From contig DVJA01000058.1 in NCBI GenBank assembly GCA_018710885.1, forward strand, positions 7,922-71,921: a stretch of DNA of 64,000 nt. The letters run 5' to 3'. Both the position numbers and the translations under genes were made by a program. Origin of the DNA: Candidatus Scatomorpha merdigallinarum (lineage in GTDB: Bacteria; Bacillota; Clostridia; Oscillospirales; Oscillospiraceae). The notes under the pieces are model-generated. The model saw nothing but the letters and a program-made list of their open reading frames with translations, was not told the origin of the DNA and did no database searches. This document shows, one piece after another, positions 47,131 to 55,653 of the stretch. Each line of letters opens with the position of its first letter. Position 1 is the first letter of the stretch.

Positions 47131-47786
47131 CGGAACACCCCCATGTCTGCGTCGTAGATCTCGACCCGCCTGAACTTGGCAAAGTCCGGCTTGAGCTCCG
47201 GACTAAGCTGCTCCAGCGCATGTATTAAGAGGTCCGGGTTTACTGTGGGCTCCTGCGCGGATATTACGCACTTGATGCGGAGCCCGTCCTGCGTGGGTTC
47301 GCACTCAAAATCCCTTACGTTTCCGGCGAGCTCCAACACTCCCTCGCCCCTCTTAGTGCGGCGTTTGACCGGTATGCTCTCACGCCTGAAAAAGGCCAGC
47401 AGCGGCTGGACTATATTCTCTCCGCTGACATGGTCATAGTCGAAACGCCCCTCAATGCGCAGCCACTTGATACCGCTCGCCTTGCGCTCGGGCTCGTAGC
47501 ACTCCAGGAAGCGTATACCCTCGGGCGAGGTGGAGTTGAGCTTTTCCGGCAGGGCCGCTATATCTATATCCCGCTTCACGCGGAAGTCCATGAGCTCGCA
47601 CAGGCTCTCTGTCCCCACTGAAAGGGGCAGGCAGATAGATATGAGCGCGTGCGGGTTAAAACCCTCGGAATATCTGAGCGGGGTCTCGGCGCGCAGGAAG
47701 ATGCGCTGCACCACACGCATGAGGTCGAGGTGGCTTATGTACGCGGCCTTGCCGGTCTTTTCAAAACGCAAACGCAGTTTATCCAT
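47127..47786 (-). CDS. TIGR03936-family (DUF2344) radical SAM-associated protein
   Basis: 219 aa. MDKLRLRFEKTGKAAYISHLDLMRV..R..LP...S.GFNPH is characteristic. Overlaps the upstream radical SAM gene by 8 nt. Confidence 0.75.
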   Translation of the reverse strand: MDKLRLRFEKTGKAAYISHLDLMRVVQRIFLRAETPLRYSEGFNPHALISICLPLSVGTESLCELMDFRVKRDIDIAALPEKLNSTSPEGIRFLECYEPERKASGIKWLRIEGRFDYDHVSGENIVQPLLAFFRRESIPVKRRTKRGEGVLELAGNVRDFECEPTQDGLRIKCVISAQEPTVNPDLLIHALEQLSPELKPDFAKFRRVEIYDADMGVFR

Positions 47787-49617
47787 CGCACTTCACCCCC
47801 TTGGGAAGTAGGCTCTGCGCCCCGCAGGCAGAGCAGGCCACGCGGCAGTCGGGGCTGAGCTCGGCGGCATACGCCCTGTGCTTTTCGCGCAGCAGCAGGC
47901 TTGTCCTCACACCCATGTCTATGCGGCACCAAGGTAGGACCTCGTCCTCTGAGCGCTCGCGCGTGGCGTAGAAGTCCGGGTCAACGCCACATTCGTCAAA
48001 GGCATCCATCCAACGCTTGAAGTTGAAGTAGTCACTCCATGCCTCCATGCGTGCGCCGCGCCGCCAGGCGGCCTCTATCGCGTCACCGACACGCCTGTCA
48101 CCGCGGCTGAGCACGGCTTCTATAAAGCTCGTATCCGGGTCATGCCAGTTATATGTGACATTCTTGGCGGTAATGGAGTCGCGTAGCAGGTTTACGCGGC
48201 GCTTATACTCGCTGCGCGTAACCTGTGCCTCCCACTGGAACGGGCTGTGCGGCTTTGGCACGAAGCAGCTTGTGGACACGGTTATGCGCACGCCGCGCTG
48301 CTTGTTGGGCGAGCTCTCGCGCCAGACGTGGAGCACCTGGGCGGCGAGGTCGGCTATGCCCACGACGTCCTCGTCCGTCTCCGTGGGCAGGCCCAGCATG
48401 AAATAGAGCTTAATGCCGTTCCAGCCACCCTCAAAGGCTATGCGGCAGGTATTCAGCAGGTCATCCTCGGTGACGTTCTTGTTTATGACGTCGCGCAGAC
48501 GCTGTGTTCCCGCTTCAGGCGCGAAGGTCAGGCCGCCGCGGCGCACCTTTTGCAGGCGGCTCATGAGTTCCATGGAGAAGTTGTCAGCTCTCAGGCTGGG
48601 TAGAGAGAGCGAGACGTTGCGGGGCTCGCACCAGTCAAGGAGTCCGTCACAGGCCTCCGGCAAGTGCCGGTAGTCGCTGCTGGATAGGCTCAGCAGCGTC
48701 GCCTCCTGCGAGCCCGTGTTCCTGATAGACTCTATGCCCTGGCGTATGACAGTCTCCGGCTTCTTCGCGCGTATGGGGCGGTACACGTACCCCGCCTGGC
48801 AGAAGCGGCAGCCGCGCACGCAGCCTCGGAAGAGCTCCACATTCACGCGGTCGTGGACTATCTCCGTGCTGGGTACGATGGGGTTTGTGGGGTAATACAC
48901 GCTGTCCAGGTCGGATATAATGCGCTTCGTGACCTTTTCCGGCGCGCCGGGCAGGCAGCGCATCTCGGCGAGGGTGCCGTCTGCGTTGTAGACCGGCTCG
49001 TAGAGGCTTGGCACGTAGACGCCCTGTATCTTTGCGGCTTCGAGCAGAAAGTCGTGCTTGCTCCAGCCCTCGTCGCGGGCCCTCTGGAACAGGCGCAAGA
49101 CCTCAACGTCCACTTCCTCGCCTTCGCCGAGGACCATCAGGTCCATGAACGGCGCCATCGGCTCGGGGTTGCAGCAGCTTGTGCCCCCCGCGAACACCAG
49201 CGGCGTCAGGCCGGGTCTGTCCGCGCTTCTGAGCGGGATTCCCGCCATGTCGAGCATGTCCAGCACGGTACAGTAGGCCATTTCGTAGCCTATGGAGAAG
49301 CCAAGCACGTCGAACTCGCTCACCGGGTCTCCGCTTTCAAGCGCATATAGGAGCATTTTGTTCTCGCGCATGGCCTCGGCCATGTCGCCCCAGGGCGCAA
49401 ACACACGTTCGCACCAGATGTCCGGCTCGTTGTTGATAACTCCGTAGAGTATGCGCATGCCGAGGTTGGACATGCCTATTTCGTACACGTCCGGGAAGCA
49501 GAAGGCCATGCGCAGCTTGACTTCACTCTTGTCCTTGATTATTTCATTGAGCTCACCGCCTGTGTATCTGGCGGGCTTTTGCACATTAGGGAGTATTCTT
49601 TCTAAGCGTTTGTCCAT
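47779..49617 (-). CDS. TIGR03960-family B12-binding-domain radical SAM protein
   Basis: Start refined to MDKRLERIL. KPARYTGGELN N-terminus. Radical SAM cluster RGCVRGCRFCQAG. Confidence 0.85.
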   Translation of the reverse strand: MDKRLERILPNVQKPARYTGGELNEIIKDKSEVKLRMAFCFPDVYEIGMSNLGMRILYGVINNEPDIWCERVFAPWGDMAEAMRENKMLLYALESGDPVSEFDVLGFSIGYEMAYCTVLDMLDMAGIPLRSADRPGLTPLVFAGGTSCCNPEPMAPFMDLMVLGEGEEVDVEVLRLFQRARDEGWSKHDFLLEAAKIQGVYVPSLYEPVYNADGTLAEMRCLPGAPEKVTKRIISDLDSVYYPTNPIVPSTEIVHDRVNVELFRGCVRGCRFCQAGYVYRPIRAKKPETVIRQGIESIRNTGSQEATLLSLSSSDYRHLPEACDGLLDWCEPRNVSLSLPSLRADNFSMELMSRLQKVRRGGLTFAPEAGTQRLRDVINKNVTEDDLLNTCRIAFEGGWNGIKLYFMLGLPTETDEDVVGIADLAAQVLHVWRESSPNKQRGVRITVSTSCFVPKPHSPFQWEAQVTRSEYKRRVNLLRDSITAKNVTYNWHDPDTSFIEAVLSRGDRRVGDAIEAAWRRGARMEAWSDYFNFKRWMDAFDECGVDPDFYATRERSEDEVLPWCRIDMGVRTSLLLREKHRAYAAELSPDCRVACSACGAQSLLPKGVKCDG

Positions 49618-49671
49618 GTAATGACCCCGTTTCAAAAGTTACGCGGTCAGTATATACTATCCTGCCCAAAT

Positions 49672-50229
49672 TTACAAGTGCGCTTGTTGTACCATGAGCG
49701 CTCCACCGGCTATTAAAAGCGCGATTCCTCCCCCGCTGGCAGCCAGTATGGCGCCAAAGAGCAGCACCAGTGCAGCCGTCACCAGCGAGCAGAGCAGCGT
49801 TGCCCGGCGGCCAACGGCACACTCGAGCGCCCGGCCTCCGTCCAGCGGCAACGCCGGAAGCAGGTTGAAACCGCTGAGCACGAGACTCATACCGGCTGAC
49901 AGCAAAAGCATATCCAGTCCAATGAAGGAACCCAAGCCCGCCGCAAGGGCGGCCCATATGAGCCCCGCTGCCGGTCCTGAAAGGGCGCACACCAGCTCGG
50001 ACAGGCTGCCCGCCTGGGCGTCGCGCTCTATCACAGCACCCGTTATGTTCGCTGTCAGCGATTTTACTCTCCCGCCCGTCAGCCTGATGGCAACGAGGTG
50101 GCCCAGCTCGTGCGTCACTGCAGCCAGCAGCAGTGCAGCCAGCTCGTCCGTGTCCAGCAAGAAGTAGAGCGCCGCGAGCAGCACGGCGCCCCCGGCGCTT
50201 ATTTTAACTTTGAATCTTCTGTGCATCAT
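49672..50229 (-). CDS. short M50 site-2 protease (SpoIVFB-like, no CBS domain)
   Basis: Start refined to MMHRRFKV, overlapping the upstream M23 stop. HELGH and NLLPALPLDGGR motifs. About 185 aa. Confidence 0.7.
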   Translation of the reverse strand: MMHRRFKVKISAGGAVLLAALYFLLDTDELAALLLAAVTHELGHLVAIRLTGGRVKSLTANITGAVIERDAQAGSLSELVCALSGPAAGLIWAALAAGLGSFIGLDMLLLSAGMSLVLSGFNLLPALPLDGGRALECAVGRRATLLCSLVTAALVLLFGAILAASGGGIALLIAGGALMVQQAHL

Positions 50230-51110
50230 GAGAGGTAAAACTCTGGGTTGTAGTAAACCCCGTCGCAGGTGAGTTCCAGGTGCAGGTGCGGCCCGGTGAC
50301 ATTGCCCGTGGCGCCGACCAGACCTATGCACTCCCCGGCCGTCACGGTGTCCCCTCCGGTCACATACACGGCAGAGCAGTGCGCATAAAGCGTGCGCCAG
50401 CCTCCGGCGTGCTGGACTATTATATAGTTGCCAAAGCCAGCGTCCCAGCCGACCATCCCCACAGTCCCGTCCGCAAAAGCCAGAATCTGCGTGCCGGTCC
50501 AGGCCGCAAAATCAGTGCCATAGTGAAAGAGCACCTCGTTTCGCAGCGGATGCATCCTATAGCCGAAGCCACTGCTCGTCATATCACTGACCGGGCTCAC
50601 ATAGTCAAAGGGCAGCTCAGGATAACTGTAGCTCACATTCGACGGCACCGCGTAGTCAGAGAACTGGGCCTGGGCCTCCAAAAAAGACGTGACAGCCTCC
50701 GGCACCGGCTCTTCGGTCGGCTCCGGAGTCGGTTCAGGCGTCGGCTCTGGTGTGGGCTCAGGCGGCGTTGGCTCGGCCGTGTTCTCCGGCTCAGACTTCG
50801 GCAGCAGGGCGGCCTGTTCCTCCAGCAAGTCGTTAATCGTGGTCGGGGAGTACTGTACGGGCTTGGTGTCACCCTCGTCATACCGTCCGGTGAGACGCAG
50901 GAACGCCTCCCTCACCTCTTCGTCGCCTGCCAGAGTTTCGCCGAGGTCCTGGAACACCGCCATATAGTCCGCATCGCTGGATATCACCTCGCGTAGCTGT
51001 GCCCGCGCCTGCTCCGTCTGCTCCGGGAACAGCAGCTTGATGGCAGTCAGCAATATGAACACTGCGGCGGCACAGAGAACTTTTAAGTTTTTCGTATGTT
51101 CGGCCTTCAT
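50226..51110 (-). CDS. membrane-anchored M23/LytM metallopeptidase (SpoIVFA position)
   Basis: Start refined to ATG 51110 (MKAEHTKNLKVL + TM). The track ORF extension runs across the tRNA-Pro gene. HxxxD (HYGTD) and HxH (HLHLE) intact. (EPTP)n linker. Confidence 0.75.
   Translation of the reverse strand: MKAEHTKNLKVLCAAAVFILLTAIKLLFPEQTEQARAQLREVISSDADYMAVFQDLGETLAGDEEVREAFLRLTGRYDEGDTKPVQYSPTTINDLLEEQAALLPKSEPENTAEPTPPEPTPEPTPEPTPEPTEEPVPEAVTSFLEAQAQFSDYAVPSNVSYSYPELPFDYVSPVSDMTSSGFGYRMHPLRNEVLFHYGTDFAAWTGTQILAFADGTVGMVGWDAGFGNYIIVQHAGGWRTLYAHCSAVYVTGGDTVTAGECIGLVGATGNVTGPHLHLELTCDGVYYNPEFYLS
50700..50780 (-). repeat. in-frame tandem 12-nt repeats encoding (EPTP)n linker of the M23 peptidase
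   Basis: Peptide AEPTPPEPTPEPTPEPTPEPTEEPVPE. The DNA shows reiterated ggctc(a/c/t)gg(c/t/a)g(t/g) units. Confidence 0.7.
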
Positions 51111-51177
51111 ATCAAGAGTATATTTTGCCCGGGACGGGCTTATACATACGGCCGCACGAATCTTTTTAAATAACTGC

Positions 51178-51206
51178 TTGACAAGCGCCCTCTGAGCCCT
51201 TATAAT
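51178..51206 (+). promoter_or_regulatory. consensus sigma-A promoter of tRNA-Pro
   Basis: TTGACA (51178-51183), 17-nt spacer, TATAAT (51201-51206), 13 nt before the tRNA 5' end. Confidence 0.8.
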
Positions 51207-51219
51207 GATAAGGCCGTTT

Positions 51220-51295
51220 CGGGGTGTAGCGCAGATGGTAGCGCGCATGGTTCGGGACCATGAGGCCGCGAGTTCAAGTCTCGCCACTCCGACCA
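51220..51295 (+). tRNA. tRNA-Pro (anticodon CGG)
   Basis: Manual cloverleaf: acceptor CGGGGTG/CACTCCG, D stem GCGC/GCGC, anticodon stem CATGG/CCATG with loop TTCGGGA, T stem GCGAG/CTCGC with loop TTCAAGT, encoded CCA. 76 nt. Confidence 0.9.
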
Positions 51296-51297
51296 CA

Positions 51298-51335
51298 TCC
51301 GTCAAAGTCAAATGACTTTGACGGATTTTTATTTT
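51298..51335 (+). terminator. intrinsic terminator of tRNA-Pro
   Basis: ccgtcaaagtc / gactttgacgg stem followed by ATTTTTATTTT. Confidence 0.8.
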
Positions 51336-51374
51336 CAAGGCAAATGGTCAGGCGCAGAGACATATAAATCACCA

Positions 51375-51403
51375 TTGCCGCTCCTGCCGGTATGTGGTAG
51401 AAT
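51375..51403 (+). promoter_or_regulatory. sigma-A promoter of the Crp/Fnr gene (extended -10)
   Basis: TTGCCG, 17 nt, TGgTAGAAT. Confidence 0.6.
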
Positions 51404-51444
51404 TATACCAGGTAAATTACAGGGAGCGTGAGGTTGTGGCAGAT

Positions 51445-52098
51445 ATGGAGTACACTGAACGTCTGCCGTATTGGCGGCATCTAAATGACAGCGAAAAACA
51501 GCTTGTGCGTCAGCACTCCAATATTCGCCGCTATGGGCGCGGCGAGCTCATACACGGCGGCGGCAGCGACTGTCTCGGTCAGGTCATGGTGCTCTCCGGG
51601 CTCACGCGAACATACGTGCTCAGTGAGGAGGGACGTGAAGTCACCCTCTTCCGGCTCGGCGAGGGCGATTGCTGCGTACTAAGCGCGAGCTGTGTAATAA
51701 CCCAGATAACCTTTGACACCTTCATGAGCGCAGAGATGGACTGCGAGCTGCTGATTGTGTCATCCGGGGCCTTTGGTTCTCTCTCCGATTCAAATATATA
51801 TGTGCGCTGCTTTATGTACGAGCAGGCCACCGCGCGCTTTTCGGACGTCATGTGGGCCATGCAGAACGTGCTATTCCGTCGCTTCGACCAGCGCCTTGCG
51901 GCTTTTCTGCTCGAAGAGTCCGGGCGCACCGGCTCAAACGAGATACGCATGACGCACGAGCAGCTCGCTCAAAACACCTCTTCCGCTCGAGAAGTCGTGG
52001 CACGCATGCTAAAGCGCTTTGCCTCAGACGGCCTGGTTGACGTCAGGCGCGGCGTCATACGCATACTGGACGCCGGCGGGCTGGAAGAACTGCTGTAA
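51445..52098 (+). CDS. Crp/Fnr-family transcriptional regulator
   Basis: Start refined to MEYTERL, downstream of the predicted promoter. cNMP-binding beta-roll plus C-terminal HTH ([23 protein letters not shown]). Confidence 0.85.
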   Translation: MEYTERLPYWRHLNDSEKQLVRQHSNIRRYGRGELIHGGGSDCLGQVMVLSGLTRTYVLSEEGREVTLFRLGEGDCCVLSASCVITQITFDTFMSAEMDCELLIVSSGAFGSLSDSNIYVRCFMYEQATARFSDVMWAMQNVLFRRFDQRLAAFLLEESGRTGSNEIRMTHEQLAQNTSSAREVVARMLKRFASDGLVDVRRGVIRILDAGGLEELL

Positions 52099-52104
52099 TA
52101 AAAA

Positions 52105-52139
52105 GCCGGGGAGTTTTCTCCCCGGCAAAAATTTTTTTG
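52105..52139 (+). terminator. intrinsic terminator of the Crp/Fnr gene
   Basis: gccgggga / tccccggc stem followed by AAAAATTTTTTT. Confidence 0.75.
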
Positions 52140-52226
52140 TCAAATGAGACCTGGTCACGTTTTTTCAGCGACGGATGGTATATATTAAGCTCACAAGAAA
52201 GACACGAGCCGAAAGGAGAAACAACC

Positions 52227-52535
52227 ATGGCCGAAATAACCGTAACTTCCGCAAACTTTGAAAACGAAGTCCTGCACAGCGACAAACCCGTGCTGGTTGA
52301 CTTCTGGGCCAGCTGGTGCGGCCCCTGCCGCATGCTCGCCCCTGTAATTGCCGAGATAGCTGAAGAGCACCCCGAACTCAAGGTCGGCAAAATTAATGTA
52401 GACGAAGAGCCCGCGCTGGCAAGTCAGTTCGGCGTCTCATCTATACCTACCGTCATAGCTTTCAAAGACGGCAAGCCTGTGAAAGCCTCTGTAGGTTTCA
52501 GGCCCAAAGACCAGATAGTCTCCCTTGTAAAATAA
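52227..52535 (+). CDS. trxA: thioredoxin
   Basis: Start refined to [11 protein letters not shown] (AAAGGAG upstream). Active site WASWCGPC. Confidence 0.92.
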   Translation: MAEITVTSANFENEVLHSDKPVLVDFWASWCGPCRMLAPVIAEIAEEHPELKVGKINVDEEPALASQFGVSSIPTVIAFKDGKPVKASVGFRPKDQIVSLVK

Positions 52536-52632
52536 AAAACGCGCCCAGCGCGTCCTCCCCATAACTTCTTTTCCCTTTTTCTCTTTTCTCTCCAAATGGA
52601 AAGAGCCCCGCGGCCTGGCCACGGGGCTCTTT
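52531..52632. terminator. convergent terminator region trxA / secG
   Basis: Hairpin aaagagccccg / cggggctcttt (52600-52632), and ACGCGC-TGG-GCGCGT followed by TTTTTTATTTT on the minus strand (52531-52556). Confidence 0.65.
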
Positions 52633-52641
52633 CTCTCGTTA

Positions 52642-52869
52642 TCACACAAAGTGCAGCGCAAGCGTCAGCAGAACAAACACGAGGCCGACCCACTTGGTGG
52701 CCTTGGCGAGCCTGGCATCCCAGGTCTTGGCCTTGCCCTTGCTGAGGAAGGTATCCGCGCCGCCGGCTATTGCGCCGGACAGTCCGGAGCGCTTACCGGA
52801 CTGGGATAGCACTATTACCGTAACGGCAAGAGCGGAAAGAAGCTGCAAAATGGTGAGCACAAGCGTCAT
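52642..52869 (-). CDS. secG: preprotein translocase subunit SecG
   Basis: 75 aa, two TM helices, SGKRSGLSGAIAGGA motif. Confidence 0.85.
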   Translation of the reverse strand: MTLVLTILQLLSALAVTVIVLSQSGKRSGLSGAIAGGADTFLSKGKAKTWDARLAKATKWVGLVFVLLTLALHFV

Positions 52870-52909
52870 AATATATCGACCCTTTCAGTTTTCATACGCA
52901 GTAATTGAT

Positions 52910-52938
52910 AATATAGCACACAAGATGTTGTATTGCAA
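52910..52938 (-). promoter_or_regulatory. sigma-A promoter of secG
   Basis: Minus strand TTGCAA, 17 nt, TATATT. Confidence 0.6.
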
Positions 52939-52967
52939 GTGGTTTTTCAGTTTTTTTCAGGTGTCAC

Positions 52968-55541
52968 TCATACATTTGCGGATTTGAAGCCGCACTCGGC
53001 TATATTGTTAACCGGATCCAGCCAGAAACGCAGACCCTGCGGTTCTGTAACACGGAACATTTTGGCCAGTTCATCCATTGACGGACAATACTCTTCGAAT
53101 TTGTCCGGCAGGCCATTCAGAAGGTCGCGGTTATATATCACCGTGCGCTTGTCGTTCCAGACAGCGCAATAGAAAATATCAGCTTCGACGAGGTCCTGGA
53201 ACATATGGCTGCCATAGCTGAGTTCAGGCATATACCCTGCCCGGTCATCGCTGACTTCGCACACACCCGCAAATCCGCTTATATCTGCAAAGCTCACCGG
53301 CACACCGAGCTCCGGCGAACTGGTACCCAACCTGCCCGGAGCGAGCAGCAGCACGCGCTTCCCGCTGTCCTTGAGTTTGCGGTTTATGAGGCCGACGGCC
53401 TTGGCCACGAGCGGCTTTTTAGCATACGGGTACTCGTAGTACTCCTTGGCGTCTATCTCAATCACCACGTCAATGTCCACGACTGTGGCCGGACCCATTG
53501 CGGAGTTTTTCAGGTAGAAGAGTACGTCCTCCCGTCTGAGCTCCGGCAGCTTCACCTTGCCGCCGGGCTGGCCTATGTAAAGCGGGCGGCACTGGAGCAG
53601 GTTAATTACAAAATCTCCCGTCTCGTCGGTGTTTACGGCGTACTCTATGTCCACGGGAGTACCGTAGACGTTTTCCAGCGTCTTTAGAAGAGACCGCATG
53701 ATTTTAGGGAAGGGCGTGCGCTCCAGGAAGCCCTGGCAGCTCACGTACCAGACGTCTTCGCGGTAACCGGCGTCGCGCAGCGCGGCCTCGGCGTCGGTGT
53801 CGTGCTCATACATCAGAGACCAGAACCACACCGGCAGGCACTGGCGCACAGTCTCGGCGTCTACGCTGCGGAAGGCCTGCCTGTCCCGGTCTATGACGTC
53901 TATGCTGTGCTGTGAGAACTTGTGCCGCTCCGCGCTGCTCGGATGCGAACGGGCCGTCGGCCTGTCCAGGCTCACCAGGCGCGGATAGTCGTCCTCCGTG
54001 CGGTCCACAGCCTTGGTGCCCAGACCTACAACCAGGCGCAGCATACCGGCTTCAGGGTCGGAGTCGGGGCTGGGCCGGTAGAGGCTGCGGCTGAAGCCCA
54101 CGCCGGCCGCGCCCGGCAGATAGTACGGGCCCGCCCAGGAGCCGGACACGCGCTGCACGAGTATACTCATCTGCTCGTCGAGTTTCTCCAGCCCGCGCTG
54201 GACACGGTACTCGAGAGCCGAAGGGTCCATGGTGCTGGCATAGACCGTGCGCACGGCCTGCTCGAACTGCTTCAGCCGCTCATCCAGGGAACCTGAGTTC
54301 ACGCAAAATACACTCTCGTACTTTCCGGCGAAGGCGTTTCCGAAGCCGTCCTCGAGGAAGCTCGAGGAACGGACAATGATCGGCGTCTGACCGTAATAAC
54401 TTAGCATGCTCTTGAACTGCTCGCGTATCTGCTCAGAGAATTCCCCGTGCAGCAGCGCCTCCCGCAGTGCGGGCGCCTTCGTGAAGAAGCCCTCGCGCGT
54501 GCGCTGCTCCACCCTCAGCTTCCAGCAGTTGTTGTTGACTATATAAGTGTAGTAGACGTCTGAACCTATGAAAAACGAGTCATGCGGCTCGGAGTGGTCG
54601 CGGAACTCTGGCAGGCACCCGTCAGCTATTTTTCTGGCCAGGAGCATGCCGCAGGCCTTGCCGCCTATGGAGCCGGAGCCTATCATGCGGTCCCGCACCA
54701 TGAAGTAGTCCTTTGGCTCAAACATCTGCCGGATCAGCTTCTGAACGTTCGGGTCCCGGCTCATCATGCTCTCAAGTATCTTGCGCTCCGTCTCGTCGTG
54801 GAACTTGCCCTGGCCGAACTCCAACTTTGCCTGTGCAAAAAATCGGTCGTGACTGTCATAGTTCTGGTCCTGCGAGTGAGATGATATGTTGTCTAATAGC
54901 CGGTAATACCGGCTGAGCGCCACGCCGCCGTCCAGCGGTTTAAACGGCCCGCCGTGCTGGCTCACATGCGGTATGTAGAGGTTTATGCCCTCCCTGTCCT
55001 GGGCCTTGAGCGTGTGAATATATACGCTGCTGTCCGAAGTGTATACGTCAATGAGCACCTGGGTGGTGTCGCGTATTCTCGCTATGACGTCATAGGAGTG
55101 GCGTGAACGTATTAGCGGGAAATACGCCACCGTCTCGAGCTCATAGAGGTACGGACACGTCACGCGGAAGAAGTTGCCCATCATCTGGTCAGTGTACCAG
55201 GCAGATTGCAGCTCGCTCAGACAGTCAAAGACATAGAACGTACCCGGACCCTCTGTCGTTATGCGGTCGTAGATGGCCACCGTGAAGGGCTCAAAGCCCA
55301 TGTCCGGGTCAAACTCATAGATTTTCAGCCCCGGCTGCGCCGACAGCAAACTCTCGTGGCGCGTAAAGTGTATATAGACGGTATTTCTCCCGTCGGCTAT
55401 CGCCTGTTCTGCAAACGGGCGGGCAAACAGCCGGAACTCATCAAGGTTTGAAACCTGCCAGACGACGTTGTCGCCTATCCGTATGTTGTCGAACACACTG
55501 TCCGCGCCGGGATATCCACTGGGCACCCTGTCAAACAGCAT
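52968..55541 (-). CDS. PEP/pyruvate-binding (PPDK_N ATP-grasp) domain protein with degenerate KaiC/RecA-like N-domain
   Basis: 857 aa. GGKACGMLLA and IVRSSSFLEDGFGNAFAGKYES are typical of the PPDK/PpsA nucleotide-binding domain. The N-terminal RVPSGYPGADSVF resembles a KaiC-type domain without a Walker A. Confidence 0.75.
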   Translation of the reverse strand: MLFDRVPSGYPGADSVFDNIRIGDNVVWQVSNLDEFRLFARPFAEQAIADGRNTVYIHFTRHESLLSAQPGLKIYEFDPDMGFEPFTVAIYDRITTEGPGTFYVFDCLSELQSAWYTDQMMGNFFRVTCPYLYELETVAYFPLIRSRHSYDVIARIRDTTQVLIDVYTSDSSVYIHTLKAQDREGINLYIPHVSQHGGPFKPLDGGVALSRYYRLLDNISSHSQDQNYDSHDRFFAQAKLEFGQGKFHDETERKILESMMSRDPNVQKLIRQMFEPKDYFMVRDRMIGSGSIGGKACGMLLARKIADGCLPEFRDHSEPHDSFFIGSDVYYTYIVNNNCWKLRVEQRTREGFFTKAPALREALLHGEFSEQIREQFKSMLSYYGQTPIIVRSSSFLEDGFGNAFAGKYESVFCVNSGSLDERLKQFEQAVRTVYASTMDPSALEYRVQRGLEKLDEQMSILVQRVSGSWAGPYYLPGAAGVGFSRSLYRPSPDSDPEAGMLRLVVGLGTKAVDRTEDDYPRLVSLDRPTARSHPSSAERHKFSQHSIDVIDRDRQAFRSVDAETVRQCLPVWFWSLMYEHDTDAEAALRDAGYREDVWYVSCQGFLERTPFPKIMRSLLKTLENVYGTPVDIEYAVNTDETGDFVINLLQCRPLYIGQPGGKVKLPELRREDVLFYLKNSAMGPATVVDIDVVIEIDAKEYYEYPYAKKPLVAKAVGLINRKLKDSGKRVLLLAPGRLGTSSPELGVPVSFADISGFAGVCEVSDDRAGYMPELSYGSHMFQDLVEADIFYCAVWNDKRTVIYNRDLLNGLPDKFEEYCPSMDELAKMFRVTEPQGLRFWLDPVNNIAECGFKSANV

Positions 55542-55575
55542 TTCCGTACCTCCTTTACATTAAATGTATGTTATC

Positions 55576-55604
55576 AGTATACCAGAGAGCTCGGCTTTTG
55601 TCTA
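55576..55604 (-). promoter_or_regulatory. sigma-A promoter of the PEP/pyruvate-binding protein gene
   Basis: Minus strand TAGACA, 17 nt, TGgTATACT (extended -10). Confidence 0.5.
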
Positions 55605-55615
55605 CCGTTTACAAG

Positions 55616-55653
55616 ACAAAAACAGGCGCGAAGTTGCACTTCGCGCCTGTTTT
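55616..55653 (-). terminator. intrinsic terminator of the TIGR01440 gene
   Basis: aacaggcgcgaag / cttcgcgcctgtt, 13-bp stem flanked by A and T runs. Confidence 0.8.

Noticed and set aside
50226-51338. 370-aa version of the M23 peptidase ORF
   Set aside because: The 5' 76 codons read through the tRNA-Pro gene, its terminator and its promoter on the opposite strand. The real start is ATG 51110, preceding the TM helix.
52137-52226. N-terminal 30-aa extension of thioredoxin in the track, and a GTCAAA..GGTCAC near-repeat as a CtsR-like box
   Set aside because: Thioredoxin starts canonically at MAEITV with its own AAAGGAG RBS. The repeat does not match the CtsR heptad consensus (GGTCAAA NAN GGTCAAA) in sequence or spacing.
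51296-52640. Possible genomic island integrated at tRNA-Pro
   Set aside because: No integrase or recombinase, no repeat of the tRNA 3' end, and the downstream genes (Crp/Fnr, trxA, secG) are ordinary housekeeping genes.
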